A DNA stretch of 64,000 nt from Chiloscyllium plagiosum (taxonomy: Eukaryota), in the NCBI RefSeq assembly GCF_004010195.1, contig NC_057720.1, forward strand, positions 13,411,108 to 13,475,107, in the 5' to 3' direction. The notes below the pieces were generated by a model. That model was not told where the DNA came from and searched no databases. It saw only the letters and a program-made list of their open reading frames with translations. This document shows, piece after piece, positions 12,321 through 25,519 of this stretch (within the stretch, counting starts at the first letter, position 1; the number at the start of each line of letters is the position of its first letter). Both the position numbers and the translations under genes were made by a program.

Positions 12321-12825
12321 CTCTGGAATGTGACTGCCCCAAGTGGCTGATTGACTATGCTCAAGCCCCTGGATTGGCGTCAAAGGCAGCCCTTCACCTA
12401 CTGTTCCAGAGACATCCCAACTGAAGGGTATCCATCTAGCAGGTGGTGAAATGGAGGACAACCCATTATTGAGTTGAGATTAATTAATTATGATAGTAAT
12501 AATGAATGATAATCCATGCTAATAGACCTCTTGCTGCTCACTTCTGAGAATCTCATGTCGTCATCCAACAGTTGGTTGGAAAATGGAACTTTTCCATTTT
12601 GGCACTAAGTTCCTCACTGGATTTTGCCATGTTTCTCACCTTGGTCCACAAAATCCAGGGGCTGGAAAAATTCTAATCATTGAATATTTTAAAGGCAAAT
12701 AACAGATAGATTTTCGATTAACAAAAGAGTCAAAGGGTTTCTGAACTGAGCAGGAATATGGAATTGAGGTAACAGTCAGATCATCGTGATCTTATTGAAT
12801 GGCAGAGCCGGCCTGAGGGGTTAAA

Positions 12826-13000
12826 CATATATTCACGTATGTATACATGTATGGAAGCATGTATAGATGCATGTATGTATGTGTATATGTTTATGTTTTT
12901 ATGGAAGCATGTATGGATGTGTGCATGAATGTATGCGTATGTGGACATATGTATATATGCATGAATGCACCTATGGACACGTATGTATTTATGTATGAAT
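12826..13000. repeat. Degenerate (TATG/TGCA)n simple repeat
   Basis: Direct reading. Confidence 0.8.
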
Positions 13001-13002
13001 AG

Positions 13003-13338
13003 CCTGGGGTTATTTTCTCTGGACCTTTGAAGGCTGAAGAGTGACTTTATACAAGTTTATAAAATCATGAGGGACATGGATAGGGTGAATAGCCAAGGTC
13101 TTTTTCTGAGAGTGGGGAAATCCAATACTAGAGGGCATAAGTTTAAGGTGAGAGGGGAAAGATTTAAAAGGGACCTAAGGGTGGTGTGTGTATGGAATGA
13201 GCAGCCAGAGGAAGTGACGGAGACTGGTACAATTACAACATTTAAAAGGATCGTGGATGGGTAGGTGAGAATGAAAAGTTTGGGGGGTTTGGACCAAATG
13301 CTGGAAAATGGGATTAAATTAATTTAGGATATCTGGCA
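13003..13338 (+). mobile_element. CR1 LINE 3' fragment
   Basis: TRGHKFKVRGERFKRDLR...WNEQPEEV. Confidence 0.85.
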
Positions 13339-13342
13339 GGCA

Positions 13343-13980
13343 ATGCAGGGATCCCCTGTGGCCATTCCCCTCAACAATAAGTGTACCGTTTTGGATACTA
13401 TTGCGGGGGATGACTTACCAGGGGAAAGCAGTGGGGCACCTGCTGCTCGGAAGGGAAGGGGGAAGAGGAGCAGAGCAGGAGTCATTGGGGACTCGATAGT
13501 TAGGGGGGCAGATAGGAGGTTCTGTGGGGACGAGAGAGACTCACGGTTGGTGTGTTGCCTCCTGGGTGCCAGGGTCCGTGATGTCTCTGGTCGTGTTTTT
13601 GGGATCCTTCGGGGGGAGGGAGAGCAGCCCCAAGTCGTGCTCCACATTGGCACCAACGACATAGGTCGGAAGAGAGATGGGACTTGAGGCAGAAATTCAG
13701 GGACCGAGGATGGAAGCTTAGAGCTACGACAAGCAGAGTTGTTTTCTTTGGTTTGCTGCCCATACCATGTGCTGGTGAGGTGAGGAATAGGGAGAGAGAG
13801 GAGTTGAACACGTGGCTACAGGGATGGTACAGAAGGGAGGGTTTCGGGTTTTTGGATAATTGGAGCTCTTTCTGGGGTAGGTGGGACCTCTACAAGCAGG
13901 ATGGTCTTCATCTAAACCAGAGGGGTACCAACATCCTGCATGGGAAATTCACCAAAGCTATTAAGGTGGATTTAAACTAA
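13343..13980 (+). pseudogene. CR1 ORF1 C-terminal SGNH/GDSL-type esterase domain (frameshifted at ~13683)
   Basis: VIGDSIVRG, CLLGARVRDV, VVLHIGTNDIG and DGLHLNQRG blocks typical of CR1 ORF1 esterase. Confidence 0.9.
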
Positions 13981-16716
13981 TACAGCAGGGGGATGGGAAC
14001 CAAAATTGTAGGACAGGTACAGAAGAGAATGAGAATAGAGAGTTCCCAAATCAAGTATCTGACACTGGCAAGCGAGAACCTGGTTTGAAGTGTGTGTACT
14101 TCAATGCGAGGAGCATCCGAAATAAAGTGGGTGAACTGGCAGCGTGGGTTGGTATCTGGAACTTCGATGTTGTGGCCATTACAGAGACATGGATAGAGCA
14201 GGGACAGGAATGGCTGTTGCAGGTTCCGGGATTCAGATGTTTCAGTAAGAACAGAGGAGATGGGAAAAGAGGGGAGGTGTGGCATTGTTGATCAGGGACA
14301 ATATTACAGTTGTAGAAAGGATGTTTGGGGACTCGTTAACTGAGGTAGTATGGGCTGAGGTTAGAAACAGGAAAGGAGAAGTCACCATGCTGGGAGTTTT
14401 TATAGGCCTCCGAATAGTCCCAGAGATGTAGAGGAAAGGATAGCAAAGATGATTCTCGATAGGAGTGAGAGAGACAGGGTAGTTGTCATGGGAGACTTCA
14501 ACTATCCAAATATTGACTGGGATCACTACAGTACAAGTACTATAGATGGGTCAGTTTTTGTCCAGTGTGTGCAGGAAGGCATCCTGACACAGTATGTAGA
14601 CAGGCCTACAAGGGGCGAAGTCACTTTAGATTTAGTACTGGGTAACGAGCCTGGCCAGGTGTTAGATTTGGAAGTAGGTGAGCACTTTGGAGACAGCGAT
14701 CACAATTCTGTCAGGTTTACTTTAGTGATGGAAAGGGCTAGGTGTACTCCACCGAGCAAGAGTTACAGCTGGGGGAAGGGAAATTACAATGCAATTAGGA
14801 AAGATTTAGGAAGCGTAGAATGGGTAAGGAAACTGCAGAGGATGAGCACATTAAAAATGTGGAGCTTATTCAAGGAAAAGCTCCTGTGTGTCCTAGATAA
14901 GTGTGTACCTGTCAGGCAGGGAGGAAGATATAGAACGCGTGAGCCATGGTTTACTAAGGAAGTGGAATCCCTGGTCAAGAAGAAGAAGAAGGCTTATGTT
15001 AGGACAAAATGTGAAAACTCAGTTAGGGCGCTTGAGGGTTACAAGGAAGTCAGGAAAGACCTAAAAAGAGAGCTCAGAAGAGCCAGGAGGGGACGTGAGA
15101 AGTTGTTGGCGGATAAGATCAGGGTTAACCCTAAGGCTTTCCATAGGTATGTCAGGAATATTGAATGACGAGAGTTAAATTAGGGCCAATCAAGGATAAT
15201 AGTGGGAAGTTGTGTGTGGAATCAGAGGAGATAGGGGAGGCACTAAATAAATATTTTTCAACAGCGTTCACTATAGAAAATGAAAATGTTGGCGAGGAAG
15301 ATACAGAGATACTTGGATCTAGACTAGAAGAGATTGAGGTTCACAAGGAAGAGGTATTAGAAATACTGCAGAGTGTGAAAATAGACAAGTCCCCTGGGCC
15401 AGATGGGATCTATCCTAGGATCCTCTGGGAAGCCAGGGAAGAGATTGCCGAGCCTTTGGCATTGATCTTCAAATCATCATTGTCTACAGGAATAGTTCCT
15501 GAGGACTGGGGGATAGCAAATGTGGTTCCCTTGTTCAAAAAGGGTAGTAGAGACAACCCAGGTAATTACAGCCCAGTGAGTCTCACTTCAGTTGTTGGTA
15601 AAGTGTTGGAAAAGGTTATAAGAGATAGGATTTATAACCATCTAGAAAAGAATAATCTGATCAGGGACAGTCAGCACGGTTTTGTGAAGGGTAGGTCATG
15701 CCTTACAAATCTTATTCAGTTTTTTGACAAAGTGACCAAACAGGTAGATGAGAGTAAACCGGTTGATGTGGTGTATATGGATTTCAGCAAGGCGTTCGAT
15801 AAGGTTCCCCACAGTAGGCTATTGTACAAAATGCGGAGGAATGGGATTGTGGGAGACATGGCAGTTTGGGTCAGTAATTGGCTTCTTGAAAGAAACCAGA
15901 GGGTTATAGTTGATGGAACATGTTCATTTTGGTGTCCAGTTACTACCGGCGTACCGCAAGGGTCAGTGTTGGGTCCACTGCTGTTCGTCATTTTTATAAA
16001 TATCCTGGATGGGGGCTTAGAAGGGTGGGTTAGTAAATTTGCGGACGACACTAAGGTCGGTGGAATTGTGGATAGTGACAAAGGATGTAGTAGGTTGCAG
16101 AGAGACATAGATAGGATGCAGAGCTGGACTGAGAGGTGACAAATGGAGTTTAATGTGGACAAGTGTGAGGTGATACACTTTGGCCGGAGTAATCGGAATG
16201 CAAAGTACTGGGCTAATGGTAGGATTCTTGGGAGTGCAGATGAGCAGAGAGATCTCGGTGTCCATGTACACAGATCCCTGAAAGTTGCCACCCAGATTGA
16301 CAGGGTTATTAAGAAGGCATACGGTGTTTTGGCCTTTATTAATAGAGGGATTGAGTTCCGGAGCCAGGAGGTTATGCTGCAGCTGTACAAAGCTCTGGTA
16401 CGGCCACACTTTGAGTATTGTGTACAGTTCTGGTCACCGCATTATAAGAAGGATGTGAAGCTTTGGAAAGGGTGCAGAGGAGATTTACTAGGATGTTGCC
16501 TGGTATGGAGGGAAGGTCTTACGAGGAAAGGTTGAGGGCCTTGAGGCTGTTCTCGTTGGAGAGAAGGTTGAGAGGTGACTTAACAGAAGCATACAAGATA
16601 ATCAGAGGGTTAGATAGGGTGGACAGGGAAAGCCTTTTACCAAGTATGGGGATGGCGAGTACAAGGGAACACAACTTTAAAGTGAGGGGAGATAGGTATA
16701 AGACAGATGTCAGAGG
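13981..16716 (+). pseudogene. CR1 ORF2 (APE endonuclease plus reverse transcriptase), disrupted
   Basis: YFNARSIRNK, VAITETW, MGDFNYP, LDLVL, SDHN (endonuclease); KSPGPDGI, QHGFVKGRSCLTNL, YMDFSKAFDKV, GVPQGSVLGP, FADDTK (RT); frameshifts near 14270, 14400, 15160 and 16460 and a TGA ending at 16139. Confidence 0.95.
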
Positions 16717-16922
16717 TGCACAGAATAAAAATTTGTGGAGTTGGGATGCAAAATTGAGCTTGGATTGCCAAACTGGCTAACAACAGAGAAACAGGTTACA
16801 TGGATCATTTCCAGGTTGGCAAACTGGTTGAGTGCCACCTGAATGAGAGTATCAATTTCCCTTTATGTGGTATGTCTAGGCAAATCTCTTGCACTATGTT
16901 GGGGGCAACAACTATTTACTGT

Positions 16923-17236
16923 GGGCGGCACGGTGGCACAGTGGTTAGCACTGCTGCCTCACAGCGCCAGAGACTCGGGTTCAATTCCCGCCTCAGGCGA
17001 CTGACTGTGTGGAGTTTGCACGTTCTCCCCGTGTCTGCGTGGGTTTCCTCCGGGTGCTCCGGTTTCCTCCCACAGTCCAAAGATGTGCAGGTCAGGTGAA
17101 TTGGCCATGCTAAATTGCTTGTAGTGTTAGGTAAGGGGTAAATGTAGGGGTATGGGTGGGTTGCGCTTCGGCGGGGCGGTGTGGACTTGTTGGGCCAAAG
17201 GGCCTGTTTCCACACTGTATGTAATCTAATCTAATC
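16923..17236 (+). mobile_element. Full-length young V-SINE
   Basis: GGGCGGCACGGTGGCACAGTGG (A box), GGGTTCAATTCC (B box), V-domain, (TAATC)n tail; CpGs retained. Confidence 0.9.
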
Positions 17237-18460
17237 TAAAAAAAGTCCAACCCGTCCATGCCGACCAGATATCCCAACCCAATCGGGTCCCACCTGCCAG
17301 CACCCGGCCCATATCCCTCCAAATCCTTCCTATTCATATACCCATCCAAATGCCTTTTAAATGTTTCAATTGTACCAGCCTCCACCACTTCCTCTGGCAG
17401 CTCATTCCTTACAAGTATCACCGTCTGCATGAATAAGTTGCCCCTTAGGTCTCTTTTATATCTTTCCCCTCTCACCCTAAACCTATGCCCTCTAGTTCTG
17501 GACTCCCCGACCCCATGGAAAAGACTTTGTCGATTTATCCTATCCATGCCCTTCATAATTTTGTAAACCTCTATAAGGTCACCCCTCAGCCTCCGACATG
17601 CCAGGGAAAACAGCCCCAGCCTGTTCAGCCTCTCCCTATAGCTCAAATCCTCCAACCCTGGCAACATCCCTGTAAGTCTTTTCTGAACTCTTTCAAGTTT
17701 CACAGCATCTTTCTGGTAGGAAGAAGACCAGAATTGCATGCAATATTCCAACAGTTGCCTAACCAATGTCCTGTACAGCCGCAACATGACCTCCCAACTA
17801 CTGTACTCAATACTCTGACAATAAAGGAAAGCATACCAAATGCCTTTTTCACTATCCTATCTACCTGCGACTCCACTTTCAAGGAGCTATGAACCTGCAC
17901 TCCAAGGTCTCTTTGTTCAGCAACACTCCCTAGGACCTCACCATTAAGTGTATAAGTCCTGCTAAGATTTGCTTTCCCAAAAATGCAGCACCTCACATTT
18001 ATCTGAATTAAACTCCATCTGCCACTTCTCAGCCCATTGGCCCATCTGGTCCAGATCCTGTTGTAATCTAGTGTTTGCCAGCTTCCAGTCTCTCTTAATG
18101 GTACAGTACACATCTACGCCTTCATAACAATAGCTATTGTGCTAGATCAAATCTAACCTTGCTAATCAGTCTCCCATGGGGAACATTGTCGAATGCCTTA
18201 CTGAAGTCCATATAGATCACATCTACTACTCTGTCCTCATCAATCCTCTTTGTTACTTCTTCAAAAAACTCAATCAAGTTTGTGAGACATGATTTCCCAT
18301 GCACAAAGCCATGTTGACTATCCCTAATCAGTCCTTGCCTTTCCAAATACATGTACATCCTATCCCTCAGGATTCCCTCCAACAACTTGCCCTCCACCGA
18401 GGTCAGGCTCACCGGTCTATAGTTCTCTGGTTTGTCTTTACCACCCTTCTTAAGCAGTGG
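17237..18460 (-). mobile_element. CR1 ORF2 fragments (RT and C-terminus)
   Basis: ORFs 17236-17787, 17700-18113 and 18134-18496 (QHGFVHGKSCLTNL, YMDFSKAFD). Confidence 0.9.
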
Positions 18461-18816
18461 AACCACGTTTGCACTTAAGGAGGGATAGACTTGCACTGGA
18501 AGCAGTTCAGAGAACCTTTGCTAGCTCCACTCTTGAGATGAAGAATTTGTCATCTGAGGAATGGTTGAGCAGATTGGGCCTATACCCATTGGAGTTTAGA
18601 AGAATGAAAGGTGATATTATTGAAAATTGTGAGATTTGAGGGCAGTTTCATAGAATCATAGAACCCCTATGGTGTGGAAACATACCATTTGACCCAACAG
18701 GTCCACACTGACTCTCCAAAGAGTAATCCACCCAGACCCATTCACCCACCCCTGTTACTCAGTGTAGGTGCTGGGAGGATGTTCCCTTTTGAGGGGATCC
18801 AGAACTGGAGCAGGAC

Positions 18817-19133
18817 AGGCATGCTGGCACAGTGGTGAGCAGTGCTGCCTCACAGCGCCAGAGACCCGGGTACAATTCCCGCCTCAGGCAACTGACTGTG
18901 TGGAGCTTGTACATTCTCCCAGTGTCTGCGTGGGTTTCCTCCGGGTGTTCCAGTTTCCTCCCACAGTCCAAAAATGTGCAGGGTAGGTGAATTGGCCATG
19001 CTAAAATGCCCGTAGTGTTACGTGAAGGGGTAAATGTAGGGGAATGGGTCTGGGTGGGTTTTTCTTCATAAGGTTGGTGTGGATTTGTTGGGCCGAAGGG
19101 CCTGTTTCCACACTGTAAGTAATCTAGTCTAAT
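18817..19133 (+). mobile_element. V-SINE
   Basis: High similarity to 16923-17236. Confidence 0.85.
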
Positions 19134-19232
19134 CACATGGGCTTTGCAACTTAAGACTGAGATGAAAAATAACTTCTTCTGCCAGAGTGTTGTTAGTATT
19201 TGCTATTCTCTAAGAGATTGATCGATAAGAGA

Positions 19233-19421
19233 CAAGATTAGAGTGGTGCTGGAAAAGCACAGCAGGTCAGGCAGCATCCGAGGAGCAGGAAAATCGACGG
19301 AAGGGATGTGTCTGAAACGTCGGTTTTCCTGTTCCCGGGATGCTGCCTGACCAGTTATGCTTTTCCAGCACCACTCTAATCTAGACTCTGATCTCCAGCA
19401 TCTGCAGTCCTCACTTTCGCC
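19233..19421. mobile_element. Fold-back PLE family A mini-element
   Basis: Inverted arms AGATTAGAGTGGTGCTGGAAAAGC.../...GCTTTTCCAGCACCACTCTAATCT; imperfect 14-bp TSD TGATCGATAAGAGA / TGATTGATAAGGGA. Confidence 0.75.
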
Positions 19422-19714
19422 TGATTGATAAGGGAGTAAAGGGTTATGGGGACCATCAGGAAAGGGGAGTCAAGGCCACAGTCAGGTGAGCCATGCTTTT
19501 ATTGACTGCTGGAACAGGCTTTATGGACTGGATGGCCTGTTTCTAACCTTAGGTTCTTGCAATCTTATGGGGAAATTGAAGCTGCTGTTTTACCTGTACA
19601 GGAACAGTTAGTTCAGTAGCCCAGATACAGTGTTCTCGGAGGTTGTGGCTCTTGCTGTACACTTACCCATTTCTTCTTTCCCTTTAAATACAGTGTGTAG
19701 GCCCATTACGTTCA

Positions 19715-19960
19715 CATAGACCCTCCAAAGAGCATCCCACCCAGACCCACCCAACCTACCTTATCCCTGTAATCCCAGCCCACATAGTCTGTACATCCTT
19801 GGGCATTACAGCACAGCCAGTTCACCTGACTTGTACATTTTTGGACTGTGGGAGGAAATCAGAGCAGCCAACAGGAACCAAACAGATGGTTGCCCGAGGC
19901 TGGAATCGAACCCTGTTCCCTGGTGCTGTGAGACAGCAGTGTTAACCACTGAGCCACACG
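19715..19960 (-). mobile_element. Degraded V-SINE
   Basis: Reverse of head GTGGCTCAGTGGTTAACACTGCTG...GGGTTCGATTCC. Confidence 0.75.
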
Positions 19961-20776
19961 CAGTAAACGGAATTGAATTGAAATTACAGTTTTGTTTTGT
20001 GCTTACATTCTGAACTCAATCCATTGTTGAGGTTGTAGATGTTTGTGAAAATACATCCCCTTTTGAGTTTTCCAATTATTCAATATCATTCATGACTGAA
20101 GGTGGTGGGGCTACATTGCTTTGAGCTGATCTATTAGTTGATGGGATAGTTTATCTCTGTCTATAGTTTGCTGCTTTCACTGCATGCTGGCTGTGTTGTC
20201 TTTTCACCAATTCTGATTCAGAAACTGTTTCCAGTGACTGTGATTAGCACTTCATCCAACTGAAAACACTCAGTAGGTCAGGCAACATCTGTACAGATCG
20301 CTATCTTTGCTTTCTCATATAATAGCACGGGCGCCTGTTCCACCATTAACTGGCATTTCCTTTTCCAATTTTGGAACTCACCACGCTGTTGGACCAACGT
20401 TATCGTGAATAAGAAAGGAAAATATTTAAATTACAGAAGCGTTTTTCTCGTCTAAAGCATTTTCTGGATCTCTTTAATCAAATTCCCAAGAACAGCACAA
20501 AGAATATCAAAGTGAATCAAATTGAAGTACTGCCTTTTTCTTTGAATTCTGATTGATTTTGAAGTATGAAGACTGTTGTAGTTGGGTTTTTGCCATCAGT
20601 CTCTTGAACACTTAAGCCTGAAGTTATTGCTGGTGTTAGGATGGTGTTGGTGTACTGCACTAGCAGTCTATAGACCTAGGCCTTTCCTGGGAAGCAATTC
20701 TTGCTATGGCTTCTGATGAAGTTTGAATTCAATTAATAAATCTTGGATATAATGCTGGTCTCGGTGTTGACGGCTA

Positions 20777-21301
20777 CCATATATACTCGAGCAATAGCTG
20801 ATCTCATGCAAATGTTGACCTCCATGTTTTGGCCAAAGAATTTGCAATTTTCCATATATCTCGTGTAAAAGTCAATGCAGATAACAGATCAACATTTATG
20901 AGTCCGTCTGCCAGCCGTCGCACTCCGCTCCAGGTTTTCTGAATTCCTGTCCCTCGTTCAGTTGTTTTCCTTCATTCATTGAGTGATCAGGTGGGCTCCT
21001 GCTAAAGATACAGTACAAAATTTGATGGATATGAATTTCAGCCCCTCAAAAGTAGTATCCATGTCATAGTCAACCATATAAATTTAATCTTAAAAAGTAG
21101 TTTAAAAAAATTCAACTATTACTCAAGTACACAGAGGAACCTCGATTATCAGGCATTCGATTATCTGAGTATCGGATTCTCGCGAGGTCCCAATGCTTGG
21201 CTAAACTATGGTATCCAGCATTCAATAATCCAGCATTCGATTAAATAAGGAAATACTCCCTGCCTGTGCCCCTTGGATCATCGAGGTTCCTCTGTATATT
21301 G
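20777..21301. mobile_element. pogo/Tigger-type non-autonomous DNA transposon with a second MITE nested in its right TIR
   Basis: TA|CCATATATACTCGAG... and ...TACTCAAGTA(insert)TATATTG|TA: inverted termini with TA flanks. Confidence 0.65.
21132..21294. mobile_element. Tc1/pogo-type MITE (163 bp)
   Basis: TIRs CAGAGGAACCTCGAT / ATCGAGGTTCCTCTG; right flank TA, left flank CA; internal CATTCGATTATC-like subrepeats. Confidence 0.8.
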
Positions 21302-21475
21302 TATCATTGATCATTCAGCTGGTTCACTAATGTCCTTTTGGGAAGGAATCAGCCATCCCTCCCTAGTCTGGTCTTCTAAACTGACTTAGTTCCTGATTTT
21401 AATGTCTATAGACAAAATGGTAAATTCAGTGTGAACTGTTTTATTTATGCCATGTAAATCTCATGCAGAATGCCT

Positions 21476-22714
21476 AGGAGAAAGCGAGGACTGCAGATCC
21501 TGGAGATTAGAGTCGAGAGTGTGGTGCTGGAAAAGCACAGCAGGTCAGGCAGCATCCGAGGAGCAGGAGAATCGATGTTTCGAGCAAACATTCTTCATCA
21601 GGAATGAGGCTGGGAGCCTCGGGGGTGGGGAACTAAATGGGAGAGGTGTGGGGCTGGGAAGAAGATAGCTAAGACTGTAATGGGTGGATGGAGGTGGTGG
21701 TAAAGGTGATAAGTTGGAGAGGAGGGTGGAGTGGATAGGTAGGAAAAAAGATTGACAGATGGGACAGGTCATGAGGATGGTGCTGAGCTGGAAGGTTGGA
21801 ACTGGGGTAAGGTAGAAGAAGGAGAAATGAGGAAAAACTGATGAAGTCCATATTGATGCCCTGGGGTTGAAGAGCTCAAAGGCAGAAGATGAGGCATTCT
21901 GCCTCCAGGTGTCGGGTGGTGAGGGAGTGGCAATGGAGGAGGTCCAGGGCCTGCATGTCCTTGGCAGAGTGGGAGGGAGGGTTGAAATGTTCAGCCACGG
22001 GGCGGTGGGGTTGATTGGTGCGGGTGTCCCGGAGATGTTCTTGAAAGCCCTCTGTGAGAAGGCGTCCAGTCTCCTCAGTTTAGAGGAGATCACATCATGA
22101 GCAATGGATACAATAAATGACATGTGTGGAAGTGCAGGTGAAACTTTGACGGATGTAGAAGGCTCCTTTGAGGCCTTGGATGGAGCTGAAGGGTTGGAGG
22201 TGTGGGCACAGGCTTTGCAATTCTTATGGTGCCAGGGGAAGGTGCCAGGATGGTAGGGTGGCTTGTTAGGGAGCATGGACCTGACCAGGTAGTCGCAGAG
22301 GGAACGGTCTTTGTGGAAAGCGGATAGGGGTGGGGAGGAAAATATATCTCTGGTAATGGGGTCCGTTTGTAGGTGGCAGAAATGTCGGCAGAAGTTGCGA
22401 TTTATGTGGAGGTTGGTGGGGTGGAAGGTGAGGATCGGGGTTCTGTCCGTGTTGTGGTTGGAGGGGTGGAGCTCGAGGGCAGAGGTGCGGGACGTGGATG
22501 AGATGCATTGGAGGGCATCTTCAACCATGTGGGAGGGGAAATTACAGTCTCTAAAGAAGGAGGTGGGAGACTGGCCCTCCTGGGAGCAGATGCGGCGGAG
22601 GCGGAGGAATTGGGAATACGGGATAGGATTTTTTCAGGAGGTAGGGTGGGAGGAGGTGTAATCCAGGTAGCTGTGGGAGTCGGTGGGTTTGTAAAAAATA
22701 TCAGTGTTGAGTCG
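21476..22714 (-). mobile_element. Penelope-like element family A, 3' 1.2 kb (thumb region plus decayed GIY-YIG endonuclease)
   Basis: Reverse reads SFTCTSTHVIYCIHCS*CDLL*TEETGRLL (GIY-YIG); terminus with decayed hammerhead; TSD GAATGCCT (21468-21475 and 22715-22722). Confidence 0.85.
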
Positions 22715-23344
22715 GAATGCCTCAATTTCTGGTCAAGTGACCTCTGCAGCCATTTTAAATCCATGTTCCGTTCTTCTTAAAGACCATTCAGTCTCAGGTG
22801 TAGCAATCAGATGATGGAAGTTAAAATTTGGACAGTCCATGTTAACCACCATCATAGTAACTGTGTGCCACAAAGAATGAGCATGAATAATATTTCCCTT
22901 TTGTCTTTATGGTGAATATTCTATGACATACAATATGAATTAATAATAGAGAACACACTCAAACTCTTTTCGTCCGAACCTGATGTAAAACCTGTTTTGG
23001 GACAAGCAGCTGGATTTGATCCCTTATGCAATTTAACCAACATTGTTCTAGAATTCATGTACTGCACTCAATCACTTTCACAAGTTTGATTTCTAGGAGA
23101 GCAGTGAATGATTATCTGAAGTTTGTCTCTTATGGGGTATTTGTAATTGCACGAACACCTTGAATTTATCGAACTTTGCATTGAATCGATTGGGCTGGTT
23201 GCAGCTTTGTTCCCTTGATCACTCAGCGAGTAACTCTGTTCCTCCCTCATTGCGGCACCTTAGGTGGGCCTCATTACTGGCCTATGTGCCCTTCCTGCTT
23301 CCCTTTATTTTTGAATTGGGTTTTCCCCAAACCTGGAGGAGGGG

Positions 23345-23670
23345 GTGGAGAGGGATCAGTGGTTAGCATTGCTGCCTCACAGCACCAGGGACCCAGATTC
23401 AATTCCACCCTCAGATGACTGTCTGTGTGGCGTTTGCACATTCTCTCCGCGTCTCTATGGGTTTCCCCGGGTGCTCCGGTTTCCTCCCACAAACAGAGAT
23501 GTGCTGGCTGGGTGGATTGGGCAAACTAAATTGCCCTATAGTGTTCAGGGATGTGCAGGCCAGGTGGGTTAGCTATTGAAAATGCAGGGTTTCAATGATG
23601 GGGAATGTCTGAGTGGGATGCTCTTTGAAGGGTTAGTATGGACTTGATGGGCTAAATGGCCTGCTTCCAT
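23345..23670 (+). mobile_element. V-SINE (older)
   Basis: V-domain match. Confidence 0.8.
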
Positions 23671-24059
23671 ATACTTACACTCCCTAACCACCTGATGAAC
23701 GAGCAGTGCTCCAAAAGTTAGCACTTCCAAATAAACTTGTTGGACTATAACTGGGTGTAGTATGATTTTTAACTTTGTAACAAGTTGTTATTGGAGATAG
23801 AGGTGCCATTGGTTCAGCTTTACTTAGAGATTGAATTTGTTACGAAGGATTAGAGGGATTTGGACTGGGTGCTGGCAAATAGGACTAGATCATGTTGGGA
23901 TATCTGATCAGCATGGGCGAGTTGGACTGAAGGATCTGTTCAGTGCTGTACATCTCTATGGCTCCTTGACACTATGTAATTCTCTTTCATTTTTGTTCTT
24001 TCCTGTCTCATTCTCTCTCTCTCACTCTCTTTCTCTCTTCTCTGCCTCTTTCTCTTTCT

Positions 24060-24537
24060 CTCCATGCCGACCAGATATCCTAAATTAGTCCAATTTGCCA
24101 GCACTTGACCCATACCTCTCTAAACCCTTCTCATTCATATACCCATCCGGATGACTTTTAAATGTTGTAATTGTACCAGTCTCCGCCACTTCCTCTGGCA
24201 GCTCATTCCACACACGTACTACCCTCTGCATGGAAAAAGTTGCCCCTTAGGTCCCTTTTATATCTTCCCCCTCTCACCCTAAACCTATGTCCTCTAGTTC
24301 TGGTCTCCCTCACCCCAGGGAAAAGACTTTGTCTATTTATCCTATCTATGCCCGTCATGATTTTATAAACCTCTATAAGGTCCCCTCTCAGCCTCCGATG
24401 CTCCAGGGAATACAACGCCAGTCTATTCAGCCTCTCCCTGTAGGTCAAATCCTTCAACTCTAACAAGACCCTTGTAAATCTTTTCTGAACCCGTTCAAGT
24501 TCCACAACGTCCTTCCTACAGCAGGGAGACCAGAACC
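24060..24537 (-). mobile_element. CR1 3' fragment
   Basis: ORF 24203-24547 LERVQKRFTR...RGDLIEVYKI. Confidence 0.85.
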
Positions 24538-24789
24538 TTCTTGCCATTCTTGGAATTCTCTTTTCACTTTTGGAATTCTAACTCTAATCTGTACTGGACC
24601 AGTTTTAGCTTGTCTGTTTCACTAGCTCCAAGTTCCAACTCTAGATATTTTGCCATCCATCTTACAAATCTCAGTTTTTCTGGCTTTGCAGCACTTATAA
24701 TGACCTAGCTGCTTCTTTCAATCCTTCCAAGGTCTTGCAGATTCCCATCAACTTTCACCCTGACCTACGAAAGCAATGATGACAAATGT

Positions 24790-24978
24790 GATTTGGAGGT
24801 GCCGGCGTTGGACTGGGGTGGACAAAATTAAAAATCACACAACACCAGGTTATAGTCAAATGGGTTTATTTGGAAGCACTGCTCCTTCATTAGGTACAAC
24901 CACCTGATGAAGAAACAATGCTTTGAAAACTAGTGCTTCCAAATAAACCTGTTGGACTATAACCTGGTGTTGGGTGAT
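24790..24978. mobile_element. Inverted pair of family B PLE termini
   Basis: ATCACACAACACCAGGTTATAGTC...CTTCATTAGGT followed by CACCTGATGAAG...GACTATAACCTGGTGTTGGGTGAT. Confidence 0.7.
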
Positions 24979-25519
24979 ATCAAACCTAGACGTCCTGGCA
25001 CTTCTAGTCTGAGAGACGTGAGAAAATCTTCTTTGCAGTTTCTTTCTTTTAAGAAAAACACAACGTTTGAAAGAACAATTTGTTTCCCCCCACTTCAGTT
25101 CTATCATTCACTGGTGAGATTGTCATGGTCATGCACCCACACCTACTGTGACCAGATGAGGAGGGAAATTGCCTCCCCTCTTATTAACCTCTTAAAGTCT
25201 GCTGCAACAAGTATTTTTTATTGCTTTTCACACACAGCAATATCACACATCAAATAAAGTTGTAAGCTACACGATCAAAATTAAGGAACTAATTATAAAG
25301 CTTTCTTGAGTGAAGGAAAGGGGACTTTTATAATCTACTAACCTGGAGAAAAATAATAAAGCCATAACATCAAGCACATAAACACTTTTAATAAGTTTAA
25401 AAAGAAACAGCGTCTGGTACAGACAGGAATAATAAAGAGAACATACTTTACACATACATAGAATCCTTGAAGTATGAGATGATTAGGTTTGGATCACAGC
25501 TGTTCAATTGTTGACTGAT

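Noticed and set aside
13343..13980. Stand-alone lipase or esterase gene
   Set aside because: Directly upstream of CR1 ORF2; the SGNH esterase is a known CR1 ORF1 domain and is frameshifted here.
15716..16409. 224-aa and 130-aa minus-strand ORFs
   Set aside because: Antisense shadows of the CR1 RT; similar shadows recur at other CR1 copies.
16923..16995. tRNA gene
   Set aside because: A/B boxes continue into the V-domain and SINE tail; this is a SINE head, not a complete cloverleaf.
21545..22528. 327-aa ORF as a host gene
   Set aside because: Mosaic of in-frame and out-of-frame decayed Penelope sequence; the GIY-YIG frame contains stops.
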